Part shown: positions 10,671 to 23,800 of the stretch, piece by piece
How the letters are laid out: every line of letters begins with the position of its first letter
Position numbering within the stretch: position 1 is the stretch's first letter
Origin: Psilocybe cubensis
Taxonomy: Eukaryota
DNA: 64,000 nucleotides
Direction of reading: 5' to 3'
Assembly: GCA_017499595.2 (NCBI GenBank)
Contig: CM039001.1
Location: forward strand, 124,001 to 188,000
Notes under the pieces: model-generated
What the model was told of the DNA's origin: nothing
Seen by the model: only the letters and a program-made list of their open reading frames with translations
Databases searched by the model: none
Made by a program: the position numbers and the translations under genes

Positions 10671-11345
10671 TTGTTGATGATTGTGTAGGTTTATTAATAG
10701 TGTGGCATTACAACGTTGGTTAAGCGCCCGCGGATTTGCACTTTCATTCATCCAATGTCCTCGCCTGTATCTCCTGTTCTCCTGTTTAGTATTCATTATT
10801 CTTAGTGATTGATTTTGCGTTTTTATTCAGTTGTTTTTGTTTTAGTAGGTTCATATTTTACCTGCAATGCTTGAAAAGTGCCTTCTAAAATAATGAATTT
10901 TGCTTCTCTACACCTCTTGTTTATCAGTTCCAAGACTTGGTGGAGTTGCATTAAAAACTGACCAATTCTGGTATTGGTGAGGGTAATTCTAAATTCAAGC
11001 CTTCATCACCGAAACACAAATATCTCTACCAACACAGTGGCGAGGAGACAACTGAACTCGAGGATCAACCTTTTGAACAGCGCTAACCAAAACCAGAACC
11101 GAGTAAATGAACCTAACAATATAAATGGGTACCTACTAAATAATTGACAGAACCTTGATAACGGTGTTTCTCTTAACGATATGGCATAACATTCCCAAGC
11201 GTATCTGAGAGATAAATTTTGTTCCTATTTGGAAAAAGTACCCCATCGATATCCTATAGCATTCCCTTTATATGAACGGATTATCGATTTATCTCTCAAT
11301 CTTACATTTGATATCATATCATCACCCAATACATCCTCATTAACT

Positions 11346-12167
11346 ATGTTACTTTTTATCCCGTCCTTCAGCCGGCTCGCACTTTCAATTGTACTCGCAC
11401 TTGCACTTTTCCACGGCACCCAACCAGTCTCTGCAACTACCCTGCCAAAACGTCGTGAGATTGACAAGGAGACGGACGCCAACTCCAGTGACAAGTCCAA
11501 GGAGGACCCAGCGCGCGCAGACCCAGCTATTCCCATCAGTCTTGGGGCCTTAGTGACTTCTTCTCCTGCTCTCAGCAACGTAATATCAAATCCCCTGAGT
11601 ACCAACTCGCACACAGATGTAATCCCATGCATACTGTCTCTAGCTGTATCTTCCCGTGCAGTTGCTGATATGGGAGGCAATGGTAAAGATGTGCAGTCCT
11701 GTGGCCCTTCTTCCGACTCCTCCACCGATTCCTCGTCTTCCGCGTCATCATCTTCCTCGTCTTCCTCGTCATCATCTTCCTCGTCTTCGTCCAGCGATCA
11801 AGATTCTTCATCCGCCTCCTCCAGCGACTCTGACTCCTCGTCCTCTTCCTCTTCCTCCAGCGACTCATCGTCTTCGTCATCGTCATCGTCTTCTTCATAC
11901 AGCGACTCTGACTCCTCGTCCTCCAGCGACTCATCGTCTTCGTCTTCGTCCTCGTCCTCGTCTTCCTCATCCAGCGACTCCTCGTCCTCGTCCTCTTCCT
12001 CAAGTGACTCCTCATCCTCATCTGCCTCCAGAAAATCCTCGCTCATATTAAGCAAGCGATTCCAACCCCGACAACGAAGACGTACACTCGTACGACGTAG
12101 AGGGATACCACAAGTTTTCGACGGGAAGATATCTCCTTCAGTTGCCATGAATCTTGTAGGTTCTTAA
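11346..12167 (+). CDS. Secreted Ser/Asp-rich protein, family B copy 4
   Basis: ATG at 11346 aligns with paralogues; LALALFHGTQPVSATTLPKRR; ~100-aa poly-Ser/Asp tract built from TCCAGCGACTC-anchored repeats. Confidence 0.7.
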   Translation: MLLFIPSFSRLALSIVLALALFHGTQPVSATTLPKRREIDKETDANSSDKSKEDPARADPAIPISLGALVTSSPALSNVISNPLSTNSHTDVIPCILSLAVSSRAVADMGGNGKDVQSCGPSSDSSTDSSSSASSSSSSSSSSSSSSSSSDQDSSSASSSDSDSSSSSSSSSDSSSSSSSSSSSYSDSDSSSSSDSSSSSSSSSSSSSSSDSSSSSSSSSDSSSSSASRKSSLILSKRFQPRQRRRTLVRRRGIPQVFDGKISPSVAMNLVGS

Positions 12168-13223
12168 TTACAAGGCATTGAAACATATTTTGTTTGTTCC
12201 CCGGAGCGCGCCTGTTGTGGTTTAGTCAAACGCTTACCTACTATAACCAGCTGGCGTTAGCTATTTATTTTCTGTTCACTTTTTTATTGCTTAGTTAGTT
12301 CAGCTTCGATCTTTATAGGTTAAAAATTCAGCAGAATATCTACAAATCCTGTTCCTTTATGCACTTTTTTAAATTCTGGGTCTCGCTATTAGCCAACAAT
12401 AAGACAGCAAAAATGATTTTGCCATGAAATTAGCAGTGAAATCAGCAGATATGTTCAATGTATTGAATCACTGTCCGATGATTTTACATCCTAGAGTATC
12501 ACTAGTCTTTATTGGCAGACACTATTAATTGATACCTTGCTTATAGATTCGCAGATCTGTAGTATCAAAATGAGGACATGGATATCCCAGGCTAACATAT
12601 AGATTTTACAGGTCATATTGTCCAAATAGCGCTTGCATCATCCCGCTGGCCCACATACGCTTGTCCATCAAGCATTCATTCTATCAAGAAAAGAGAAGAA
12701 TAATTTATTCATAGTAACTCTACTGTGTAATCGGTGAGTATGTTGGCTTTCCATTCATGCCTTCACCGCTGCGGCACTAAAATGTCTGCTAGAATGATGG
12801 TTAGCTTCACCTTCCCACCTCCTCACAGAGTAAATTGAGAGCGGCAGGAATGGAGCCCACCTTTACCTAACCGCGCGAGCCGAAAACTTACCGTCAAGTA
12901 ACAAAACCCTTTTCACAGCACGGAGTAAAAAAAGGTTAATGGTTATTGTCAGAATCTTGCTAATATCGTGCTTATTGACAGTAGGCCGTATAACATTCCC
13001 AAGCACGTCCGAAACAGAGCTTGTTCATATCCGGCTTGTATCTCAAGCAGCTCTGCGCCACCAATGTCCTATAAAACTCACTTCATATACCAGGTACTTT
13101 GCAAAGTACAGCATACATCGAGTGTGCGAGCAGCTCTGCACAGCTCAGCCCACATTTCCACTGCACGCGTAAATCGTCAGACAACAATTCAGCTCATCTT
13201 ACTACCCAAAACACGCGTGCATT

Positions 13224-13778
13224 ATGTTGTATTCCACCTTATCTTTCCACCGCCTCACGCTTTTAATTGCTTTCGCGCTCGCACTATACCACGGCACCCG
13301 CCCCGTCTCTGCAACTGTACTGCCAGAATATCTCACCCACCGTGACGTAGTCGAGGACGCTAAATCAAAGGCCAAGGTGGATTTAGAGCCCGTAGATCCG
13401 AACGAACTTCCCCTTATTGATGCAACTGAAGACCAAGAAATATCCCATTTGATGAACAAAGTCATCGGGTCTGTGTTGATGAATGACCCCTTCGGAAAAC
13501 GCTCGAACACAGATGCACTCCCAGACATCTCATTTCCGTCTCGTGAAAACGATGATACAGACGCCGATGTGTATTTGAAGAGCCTGAGGGAAGTGGACGA
13601 CCTGCATGAGAAGAAGGCAATGAACGACGTGGAAGAGGAGGATCCAATGGAAAATGATGACGGGGATGCAGACATCACCGTGGCTGCTCGCGTGCTTGCA
13701 TTACTGCGTGCGCTATTCTCGGCTCTAGATGTTCAGAAGAGTTCCGGTGGAGAACGAAATCGGAGTCTGATTGTCTGA
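13224..13778 (+). CDS. Secreted acidic protein, family B copy 5
   Basis: Signal peptide LIAFALALYHGTRPVSATVLP; close paralogue of the 8741 gene, including upstream DNA. Confidence 0.72.
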   Translation: MLYSTLSFHRLTLLIAFALALYHGTRPVSATVLPEYLTHRDVVEDAKSKAKVDLEPVDPNELPLIDATEDQEISHLMNKVIGSVLMNDPFGKRSNTDALPDISFPSRENDDTDADVYLKSLREVDDLHEKKAMNDVEEEDPMENDDGDADITVAARVLALLRALFSALDVQKSSGGERNRSLIV

Positions 13779-14625
13779 ACGAAACCGTTGCAAATCACTC
13801 CCTAACATCTGGTGTGCATTTGCATCGGTGCAGGCTAAATCGCCTTCGAAACGAATATAAACATTTTAAAGTTCTTCCACTATGTCACTTTCCGTCCGAA
13901 AAATGCAATATCAACACCAAACAACACTTCAGAATGTATCTTGGAGGTATATCTTGAGACTAAACAGTAAGCGCCCGCGGAGATGCTCCCCCACTGTCCA
14001 TGAAGTCCCTTTATTATTTATGGTTCCTGTTTCGGTAGTTAGTAGGTTATTTCACCACACGTAAACCATTTGAAAGCCTCAAGGATGTTTGGGGGTCAGA
14101 GTGAATCACGCTTCGGAAGTAAATTTTGATCCCAGAAATCAGTCATGAATATTAATCCTGACCTGAATAGTGTCGGAATCGCCTCTGAATCGTCCAAGGT
14201 GGCGGAGTGGTTATAACGATAACGATGACTTTAAACGTTACATTCAACTCCCAACATGTTGGGAATTTTTCTATAAAAAAAGCTAGATTCATACGCTATA
14301 GTAAAGAAGCAAAAAACTACAAATTCAATACACTATCTCAGAAAACCAAGAACAACACAACCAATTCTGATTCATCTCTGCACCCGCCGGGACATTAAAT
14401 CGGTAGGATCATGAAGAAAAAAGAAAAAAAAATTGTCTGTATGTGTATGTACGTATGGATGTATATCATATCATGTCAAGTACAAATCGAATCGAACCCC
14501 AAACCCAATCACAAGGCAAGGTGAGTCGAGAAGCGATGGTTACATGGGGTACAATGACAAGTAACCGTCGGTCAGTCCAGTCAAGGTAACGGCACCAGCG
14601 CCAGCCATGTCAGCCCATCTCCGCT

Positions 14626-16938
14626 CTATGTCTTGGATTTGGGCACGGTCTTGCTGATCAACTTGGCCTTCTCGATAGCAGCCATACCTATAAAATGAAT
14701 CGCGAATCAACATGCAAATCCAGAAGTGATAGACGAGGGAATACGCACTCTGCTTAACAAGGTTCTTCTTGTAATCCACAATACTGATATCAGCCTTTGT
14801 CAGATTCTTGATCGTCTTATCCGCAACCTCCCACAGCTCCTCGGCCACCTGGCTGATGAGACCTACACACACACAACAACATCAGCAACAAAGGCTAAAC
14901 CATCAAAAAAACAATCACTTACGGAAGTCATGCGACACAATAACCACACCACCCTCAAACTCCTTAATAGCCTTCGCAAGCGCATCAATACTCTCCATAT
15001 CCAAATGATTCGTCGGCTCATCCAACAACAAAATATGCGGGTGCTCCATCGCCAACTGCGCAAAAACAACCCGATTCCTCAGCCCATCACTCAACTGCTT
15101 AATCGGCGCCGTCTGATGGCTCCCGCTAAGTCCGAACCTGCCCAGCTGGGCTCTCCACGCCATAACATCCTTCTCCGGGTATTTCTGCGAGAAGAGCGAC
15201 TGGAAGTACTCGATGGGTGATTTGTCGTAGGGCAGTTGGTCGGCGGAGTGTTGGGAGTATTTGGCGAGTTTGAGGGCGGCATGTTTGGAGATTGTGCCGG
15301 CGCAGGGTTGGAGCGCGCCTGTGATGAGGTGGAGAAGTGTGGATTTGCCTGTTCCGTTGGCGCCGAGGATGGCGATGCGTGAGTCCATGCTACAGCGAGC
15401 ATACGCAAATCAGTATGACGTCATATCGTACAACGCAGGATGATTGAACGTACTCGATACCAAAGGACAGATTCTCGTACAAATAATCCTCCTTCTTGCC
15501 TGAGTACGAGAACGCAACGCTGTCGAATGCGATGATGGGAGGAGGGAGCTTGCGGATGTCTTCGAAGTTGAAGCGCAGCGGGCGGCGCTCCTCGATCTTC
15601 TCAATCAGACCAGCAGCCTCCATCTTGTCGATAATCTTCTGCTTCGATTTGGCCTGACGCACCAAGTTGGCGTAGGTACCAGCGGACGCAATGAATCTAA
15701 CAGATAAATGTTAGCAAGGGTAGATGAATAGGAAAAGAAAGAAAGAGATACTTTTTGATGTGAGCGATTTCCTCCTGCTGCTTGTGGTACGCCTTCATCT
15801 GGTTGACCTCGTTCTCCTGCTTTGTCTTGACATACGCGGAGTAGTTACCCTTGTAATACAGAAGTTTCTTCTTATGCGTCAAATCCATGATATCCGTGCA
15901 CACCGAGTCCATGAAATCCTGCGAGTGCGACGTGATTACCAAGATATGGTTATACGTCGACAAGTACGCCTCAAGCCAGACCACAGCACCCAAATCCAAA
16001 TGATTCGTCGGCTCATCCAACAGCAGCAAATGAGGCTTGATAAACAGCGCACGGGCAAGCGCAACACGCATGCGCCAACCACCGGACATATCCTTTGTCG
16101 GCTTCTTCATCATCGTCTGCGAGAACCCAAGACCGTGGAGGATACTTCCGGCCTTGGCCTCAAACGTCGCTGGGTCCATCTCCTCCAGCTCTTCATAGGC
16201 GAGATCAAGCGCAGCGTCGTCGACGTCGTCCGCAACGGACAGCTCCTCGATGTACGCCTCGAGCCGCGCGACTTTGGCTTTGGCCGACGCGACGATGAAG
16301 TCGACTGCATTTACGTCCGACGGCTCCGCTTCACCACGCACGATGTAAATATCAATGTGTGGCGGGATTTCAATGTCGCGCTCAGCGATCGATTGGAGGA
16401 ATGTGGACTGTACTCAGTGTGATTAGCGGGGGGCATGGATGTGATACAGATAAACGACGCACCTTTCCGGAACCGTTCTCGCCTAGAAGACCGTACCGCT
16501 GCCCGTAGTTGAGCGCAATCTCAGCGCCCTCGATGAGGAGACGGCCGTGGAATGAGAGGGTATACTGATCGATTTTGATATCGCGGCCTTTCACATCGGA
16601 CACCAACACACCCGCCGCACTCCTGTAATCCAATCCGATAATCAGCACACCTTACACGACACACCAACCAACGAAAAAAAGACACACCTATCCGTAGCAA
16701 GGTTCAGCCGCGCCATACTCAGCAAATCCTCCTGACTCCCTGATTTGCTGTTCAACCCGGACATGCTCGTCAGCGGCGTGCTCGCGCCGTTCACCGAGCC
16801 CGCAGGGGTGGACGACGGCGAGTCCCCATCAACGAGCGTCGTGCTGCCTGTTGAAGAGCTCGCGCCTCCAGCGACAGCAGCGTTCTTCTTCGCAGCCTTC
16901 TCAGCGAGGCGTTTTTGTTTCGAGGCAGAGGGGGCCAT
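14626..16938 (-). CDS. ARB1: ABC-F family ATPase (ABCF2/Arb1), multi-exon
   Basis: [17 protein letters not shown] start; two NBDs ([56 protein letters not shown]); no TM domains; last exon ends ...[10 protein letters not shown]. Confidence 0.93.
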
Positions 16939-19253
16939 GTTTTACAATTGTCTGGCTGATGTTTTTCTGTATTCTAGTCTGTGTTTTGTCGGTTGCCTGA
17001 TTTCTATAGATCCTTCCTCGCCTAGGGTAGTGGTGGAAAAGAAGAGAGAGGAAGAGGAATGCAGAGAGGACCTGCGAGATCGATGTGATGGCCTCACTCC
17101 AATTGATCCAAAACAAAAATTTCGATAAGATCGGTCGGACTTTGTAATCAGTGGCTGTGCATATTTATAAGTCGAGCCGTCTTTGGCGGCAGCGACTCCG
17201 CAACTTTGCTCTGCTCCACCTCCCTTGTCGCCTCCGTTTTGGTTTCCCCAAGGTTCTGGATAAATACCTTTTGTACAGGATCTGTGAGTTTGTTCTGCTC
17301 AGTTAGCACCTTCTCTTGTTTTTTTTCTACGATCATCGATCTCAATAACGCCGCGATAGATGGATGGATCGACTGATTGATCTACTTGTAACTTCTAGTC
17401 CTAGAGTCTTGTCAAGGTTTCACTGGCATACAACTAACGTTCATCAACCCCCCTAACAACTTGAAACTAAAGTGGTCCCTAATAGACAAGTATGAAAGTC
17501 GCAGTTCCTCATCTTCTCCTTTCTTCCAATCCCTCCTATCCATGATACATTGCAACTCAAAACACAGACTCGACCCACTGCACCAATTTGTCTCTCTCTC
17601 TCGGTCCTGGCTGTTCTGAATACCAATCTGTGCTCGGTTTATTCCATCCCTGGCAACGTATCTGGTGACTCAAGGCTACACGAAACTAGTGCTGCTCCAG
17701 AGTGATCTATCGTCGCCGTGAGCTATCGGCACAAATAAATTCATCTCCTAATCAACGGACACTTGCTCCCGAAAATACGGAATGCAGTGTTTTTGATTCG
17801 TTACATATAATTTAACAACCGATAGTTCACCCACCGACTCGAGCACTCCTCGCTATACTCTCTTTCTTCAATTATCTCCTATGCTGCTTTCGTTTCGCTC
17901 CCATCCGGATCAACAGCTATCAATAGTTCTCTGCCAGTGGTGGTGGATCATGGTAGACTCGGAACAGACTGTTGATATTCCTTGCGATTCAAATGGAGCA
18001 AAGCCACGCCAATCTAACCCAGCGCCAGTCCTCGCCAAGATCCCCAAAACAGAGACGCAGGTTTGATTCCTCCAATCTACTCATTTCGTGTTGCTGTGTC
18101 CTCCATACTACACAGTTATATGACAGACCTTGGAAAATACAACGTTCGCGATCGTTGCGGCACCTCTCCACCTGTGCTTCCTCTCCCTTCTCTTCTCCCT
18201 CATCTCGTCATTCTGTTTCCAGCATCTGGGTCCTGATGGCGCCTAATCATCTCGTAAATCGCTCGACGAAGCCTCTTCCTTTCACCCACGCCTCCTCAGT
18301 GTTGTCGGCTCATGCCAGTGATAACAACGTACCAATTTTTGGGGACCTCGGATTCATTTTCCCTTCTGACCTGAACTTCCCTGTGTCTGAGTGCAGTTCG
18401 ATGCCGTCTCTTACAATTCAAAAACTACAATGTCACTCTTCTCACAAGCAAGAGAGGGGGAATGAAACTAGATACCTTCCATCATTCACATGACCATCGG
18501 GTTGTCGTGCAGTAGCTCTATGAGTATCCTGTACACCCCGGAGCGGCTTTTGTCGCGTTCAGTGTTGATGAAAACGCGGCTAACTTTTGTTCTCCTCTCT
18601 TGTAAAGGTGAATAGTGTATTATATTTCCGCCTGTTCAAAGCACCAGCACCAACTAATATCTACATATATGGTCGTAATCTCAGTCAGGCGATTACCCGA
18701 CCTATTGGTCACTACTTCAATTCGTTGAACATAACATGACTCCAACTGACCGATACCAGTATCGAGCTACATATCAAACTCTCCATCAACGTCAATTTCC
18801 TCTTTTCATCTTGCACACCCAATTAGGAAACACACATTCCAAATCCATCCACTTCCTATTCACAAATCACGCCACACCACCCAATTCGGTAATGACGGTA
18901 ACGCTCTGATGATTTACCATCAATGCCACTGCACTACCAGCGCCTATCACGATCATCACGATCCCGCCGGCTCCAAGTTCCTTCTCAATTCTTTATCTCC
19001 CATCTCCGTTCCCGTCCACATTCTGGTGTGACACAATAAACGTGGCATCGATACGTACCGAAACCGACACGCATTCCGATACCGATATATTCCCCCATCC
19101 CGCGGACATCTATGCAAATGCAGATGTAGATATAGATGCAGATGCAGATGCAGCGGGGGTGTGGGGTAACAAGATGATCGACTTGAATTCGATCATGATC
19201 ACCCAGAACCGCATCTACAGTGTAATATTGGACCACTAGCCTGCTTCGTGTAA

Positions 19254-19304
19254 GTACTCCAGTACTCCAGTACTCCAGTACTCCAACACTCCAACACTCC
19301 AGTA
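19254..19304. repeat. 8-bp tandem repeat (GTACTCCA/ACACTCCA)
   Basis: About six consecutive units are visible. A GCAGAT hexamer run lies just upstream (~19120-19153). Confidence 0.8.
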
Positions 19305-20649
19305 CGCATATGTGTATATATACTCGGATATCTGTTCTAATCCAGGGTATATGCACAAAACTCTCTTCGTAACAGATTGGATTTATACATTGTAGGACAT
19401 CAAAATACAACTTGGAAAACTACATTCCGCCCGGAGAATAGTCCGCGGACTTCAAGACACAAAACAACAAATTTGAGTCTCTATTATTTCAAACAGAACA
19501 TACCGCGTTGTCTGTACAAGTTAACTACAGTACAATATGCGATTTTACCGCGTCGTCAGGCGTAATAGAAACGCGTTCCGACTCAGCCTCGGAGTTAAAG
19601 GTTATATTATCATACATTCCCTCGCATATCACAACATATCTATACTAATATACTCGAAGAACGAAGCGCTCGCATATCACTACATATATATTGGCACAAC
19701 GATCGACGGCTCCGCATAAGTATACCATTAAGCGCGCTTAGCAGCCGCGGCATCGTGATCACCCAAATCCTCAGCTACAATTATATGCAGTATATGGAAG
19801 ACGCAATGCTAGCTTCCAACGATCGTGATCGCTAATCCGCAATGCTTCTCTTTCTACCTTATACCTGGCCCCACATTCCCCTCAGATGATCAACTTTGAT
19901 GATGCCGGCGGGACGGAACCCAATAGGCGCCGGTGTCCAATACATCACATTTCTCCCTCCCGTCATAACCACCTTGCGTATCATTCGTCCCTACTTCACG
20001 TCGTAGGACATCCAGTTAACTGATAAAATTCCAATGGGGAACCAGCGATTTTTTTCTTTTGCCAATTGCACTAACGATCGCTCTAGTTAATTAGCACAAC
20101 ATGTCCGCGGACGCCCCGGAACCACAGCCCAGCCTAATGCCCAAATTCCAATTCGAAATTGTAAATACAAGAGCAGCTGTAGCCTGCAGCCGACGCGTAT
20201 ACCAAGGTACGCGTATCATAATTATATGGTATATACCGCCAATCGCGAAGGTGAGCAAGTCACTTTACCCCTTACTTCTTCCAGTTCGTTCGTTCGTGAA
20301 TTTGATATTCGCTGAGGATGCTGAACTAATTGACATACTTCCTCGCGCGTCAGCCACCTGCTCTGCTCTGGCATTAACGTAGATCCGGATGCGAGCAGGA
20401 GCATGGATCTGCGCTTCGCGCTCGCTTGATATGCGACAAATCATAAGCGCACAAGTATCTAGGTATCTCATGATTGACAAGGTGAATGTCATTAGTATTA
20501 ACTATGATACCCGCGGATACTTCTATCAGTGACAATAATATACATCATATCCTTCGAATGATGAAAACGGATCTACCACTGTCCTTCACGTTGATTTCAA
20601 CTTTCGACACAGTATCCTCGGAGGTCAGCATCACGTTGCCTCCCGCACT

Positions 20650-20878
20650 CACTGCGGGCGATGACTGCTGTAAGTTGAACAAACAGCCATTGTTTTACAT
20701 GTTTTATGTAAGTTCAGCTGTAAGTTCAACATACAGTCTACTTACACTCAAATAATCGCCTTTTATGGAAATTATTTGAGTGTAAGTAATGATGTATGTC
20801 GAACTTACAGCTGAACATACATAAAACATGTAAAACAACAGCTGTTTGTTTAACTTACAGTAGTCGTCGCCGGCAGTG
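20650..20878. mobile_element. Foldback MITE with CACTG termini and 3-bp TSD (CACTA/EnSpm-type)
   Basis: Arms of ~107 bp form a near-perfect inverted repeat around a short spacer. Ends CACTG...CAGTG; ACT at both 20647-20649 and 20879-20881. Confidence 0.88.
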
Positions 20879-23800
20879 ACTGCAGCGCCGCTCGCATATT
20901 AGCGTTAATGCAGACGGAATGGATCGCCCGCTACGCTCCGCCTATGCCATCATTTGCGTGGGGCAGCGCCGCCGCATCGTTCAGCATACCTAGCGAACGC
21001 ATCGCATGCCGATCTACACATATCTTACTTTGTGGATACTCTCCGGACCGAAGGGTTCTTCATTCAACCTCTTCAACCCAATAGTAGCTCACTTTAGTAA
21101 ATTTCAAACAACTCTATTCAATCAAACAACTGCCATACCCAAAGAATTTGTACGGTTCAGCCAATCCATTTGGAATTACATTCTCCAACAATTGCTGAAC
21201 GCCTCATATCGTTTGGAGCTCGACGTACCCTCAGGGTCACCTTGCGAGGGTAGACCGCCCGATGCCAAGCGACACTCCGTCAACTGACTGCCGTCGGATC
21301 ATCTACATCATCAGTGCTATAAGTATCCAGCGACCCTATATTCAACCCTTGGTTGTCCTGCTAAGCTACTCCCCAGAACTCAATGGGACCCGTCAGTGTC
21401 GCGATGACAGAGACAATTCAATAGTCAATACTCATCTACTTACATTCACTTCAATTCAGATTCGGGAGGATATGGCGTTTAACCGAATATACGACTTCTC
21501 TATGTGCCTAGATCGTGTTAATGTATTTCTCTCCCTTTAACTGTCCCTTAATGCCTTCCGTCATGGCTATTTAGTATTAATCTATACGTACGTACTGGTA
21601 GGTCTAGACTCTCCGGGCACTTAGCTCTTCATTCGACTGAATCGCACCGTATCCAGGCACAGGCGCTGGCGCTAGTAACACCCTATTTCAACTGCATAAT
21701 CCACTTGAACAATTCAGAAATTGTAATGGAGACACGCCACCTCCTGCTTTACCACTTATAATATAAGCTGGACGTTAAATTTTTGGAAAGGATTTTGGAG
21801 ATTATATGCACTGTATATTCCCTCACTGAGTCCGCAGGCTTAAACAAGAAGTCACATAATACGCCACCTCCTTCACTGAGGAGATAATCGGCTGACGCTC
21901 CGAGTGCATTATCGCGCTTTCGAACTAACATATGGGCTAACACACAAAATACCATCTTCTTTACTGTTCAGGTCGCTTGTGGTATAGGCTGCTCCGCTTA
22001 CGCACATATGGTAGGCGCTTATCCCGCCACCACCTCCACCATCACTCAACGCAATCAAGCAATATCGCATGCGGAGATGAGGTCAGACGTATTCACTAAG
22101 TTAAACTTTTGCAGCGCAGGGTCGACTGCCTCCGTATCCGTGCGATTAAGACGCCCATGCCATTTCTCCACTGACACTGTTCCACCAATCGGATCGCCAG
22201 AGATTTTATTCGTTCATGAATGAGACCCATGGGGTACTCTTCATGGTCAGCTGCGTGGCCTCGCTATCTATTACTATTATTGTCATCGCTATTAAGTGAA
22301 TATGGATTTCTCCGCTGTTTGAGGACGCACAATTACTTGAACGTTGAGACATTAAATCCTCATTATCGTCGCAGCACCTGGCAAGCCTGGTCACAACTCA
22401 ACCCATGATTACACATTAACGGGGCATTACAGTAATTTATTCTGATTTCTAATGACAACATAGCTAGGTTATGCATTCGAGTTAGAGTGAGGCATTTAAC
22501 ATTATAAGCTGCCACAATCGCTCCACAGATCATTAGCAACCCTGATAATACGCAACAAGCAACGCGATGAAGCCACAAAGTGTTAACCTTTGCATGTGCC
22601 AGCACAGGGTCACGGTCTTTTGGCCCCGTCAGCACGACGACACGACGACAACACGCTGAAACCGTCAATCTGCATCAATTATCAATCGGATTAGCAACCA
22701 CTCGCGGCCCATGGGGTATGTCGCCAGCCAACTGCGTGGTTTTGAGATTATGCGTATAATAATATCCAGTAAAATGAGATACAATAATGTGCTGTTGCAT
22801 GCATGGCTTTTGGTTTGGGTAATTTCTCGTTAAGGGACTGCCCGCTGTTCCAGGATGCGATCCCTCACACGTGAGCGAACATTGAGTTTGAACTTTGTAG
22901 ACGATCACTTAAAGCCTCATTAACTTCGCACTTTCCAGACTAGAACGATAATGAACCCACGAAAGTAAAGGAGAATCAAGTTGTATGGAGCGAATGAAAT
23001 ACCTTCGGACCGAAAAACGACGGTGTTTGACAGGAGAGACAAGCCAATTACTTGATTTTAAGGGACGAGGGAGGCCAATTGACATTGGCAGTGCCGCGAC
23101 GCCTCTTTTACTCGCTGCCTTGTTGGGAAAAAAAAAAAGAAAAACATACTCAGATTTGCATCGCCAGGTTGTCATATCATGGACGATGACATTGATAGAA
23201 CAAAGTCATCCTTGACTGGTGAGTAACTATGATGTAAAGTGAGCAGATAGCGGTGCCTATTGGCAACCTGTCAGCCTAAACCTTCGACCTATCTCATTCT
23301 TCATCTGTCTGTCCGTAAACGACGTTCGATCTTCAAAAGGACTCTCCCGGGGGAGGCGTAGGAATATATTGATGACTATCAAGTGAGTATAGTAACCCTT
23401 TGACAGAGGAGAGCAACAGACCTTTACTCTATGTAATTACTTCAGTAATTAGCCAAATATTTGGGACAGCTAGTACTAATGCTGCGAACCCAATGAGTAA
23501 GATATCACAGAAGCCCAAAGGTTCTGGAATGCGCCCGCGCCACATTAGTTCAAGTTCTTAGTCCACTCATTGGCCCAGTACCCAGTTACGCCAGTCTTTC
23601 GGCGAAGATCTGCCCGCTGATTTTTGTTCCTCACTGCATACTAGGAGATACGTTAATGGTACAAAGTCCTTTTTATCCCCAACTTCCAACTCGGTACCGT
23701 AGGCCAAGCGGACGTAATAGAATTATATTTGAATATGTTGTGGGCATAGTTGGGGCCTGTCAATTTCCAGCGGAGCACCAATTATGTTGCTGCTCATTGT

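Noticed and set aside
11572-12148. Antisense acidic (EEDEDE) and Arg/Thr-rich ORFs
   Set aside because: Expected shadow of TCN-rich Ser codons on the + strand gene, which has the family signal peptide.
14192-14220. tRNA 5'-half-like sequence GTCCAAGGTGGCGGAGTGGTTA
   Set aside because: No B box or T-arm downstream, so a tRNA or SINE cannot be supported.
20880-22430. Possible decayed F-box/LRR gene
   Set aside because: Only faint motif resemblance across broken frames; not supportable without a homology search.
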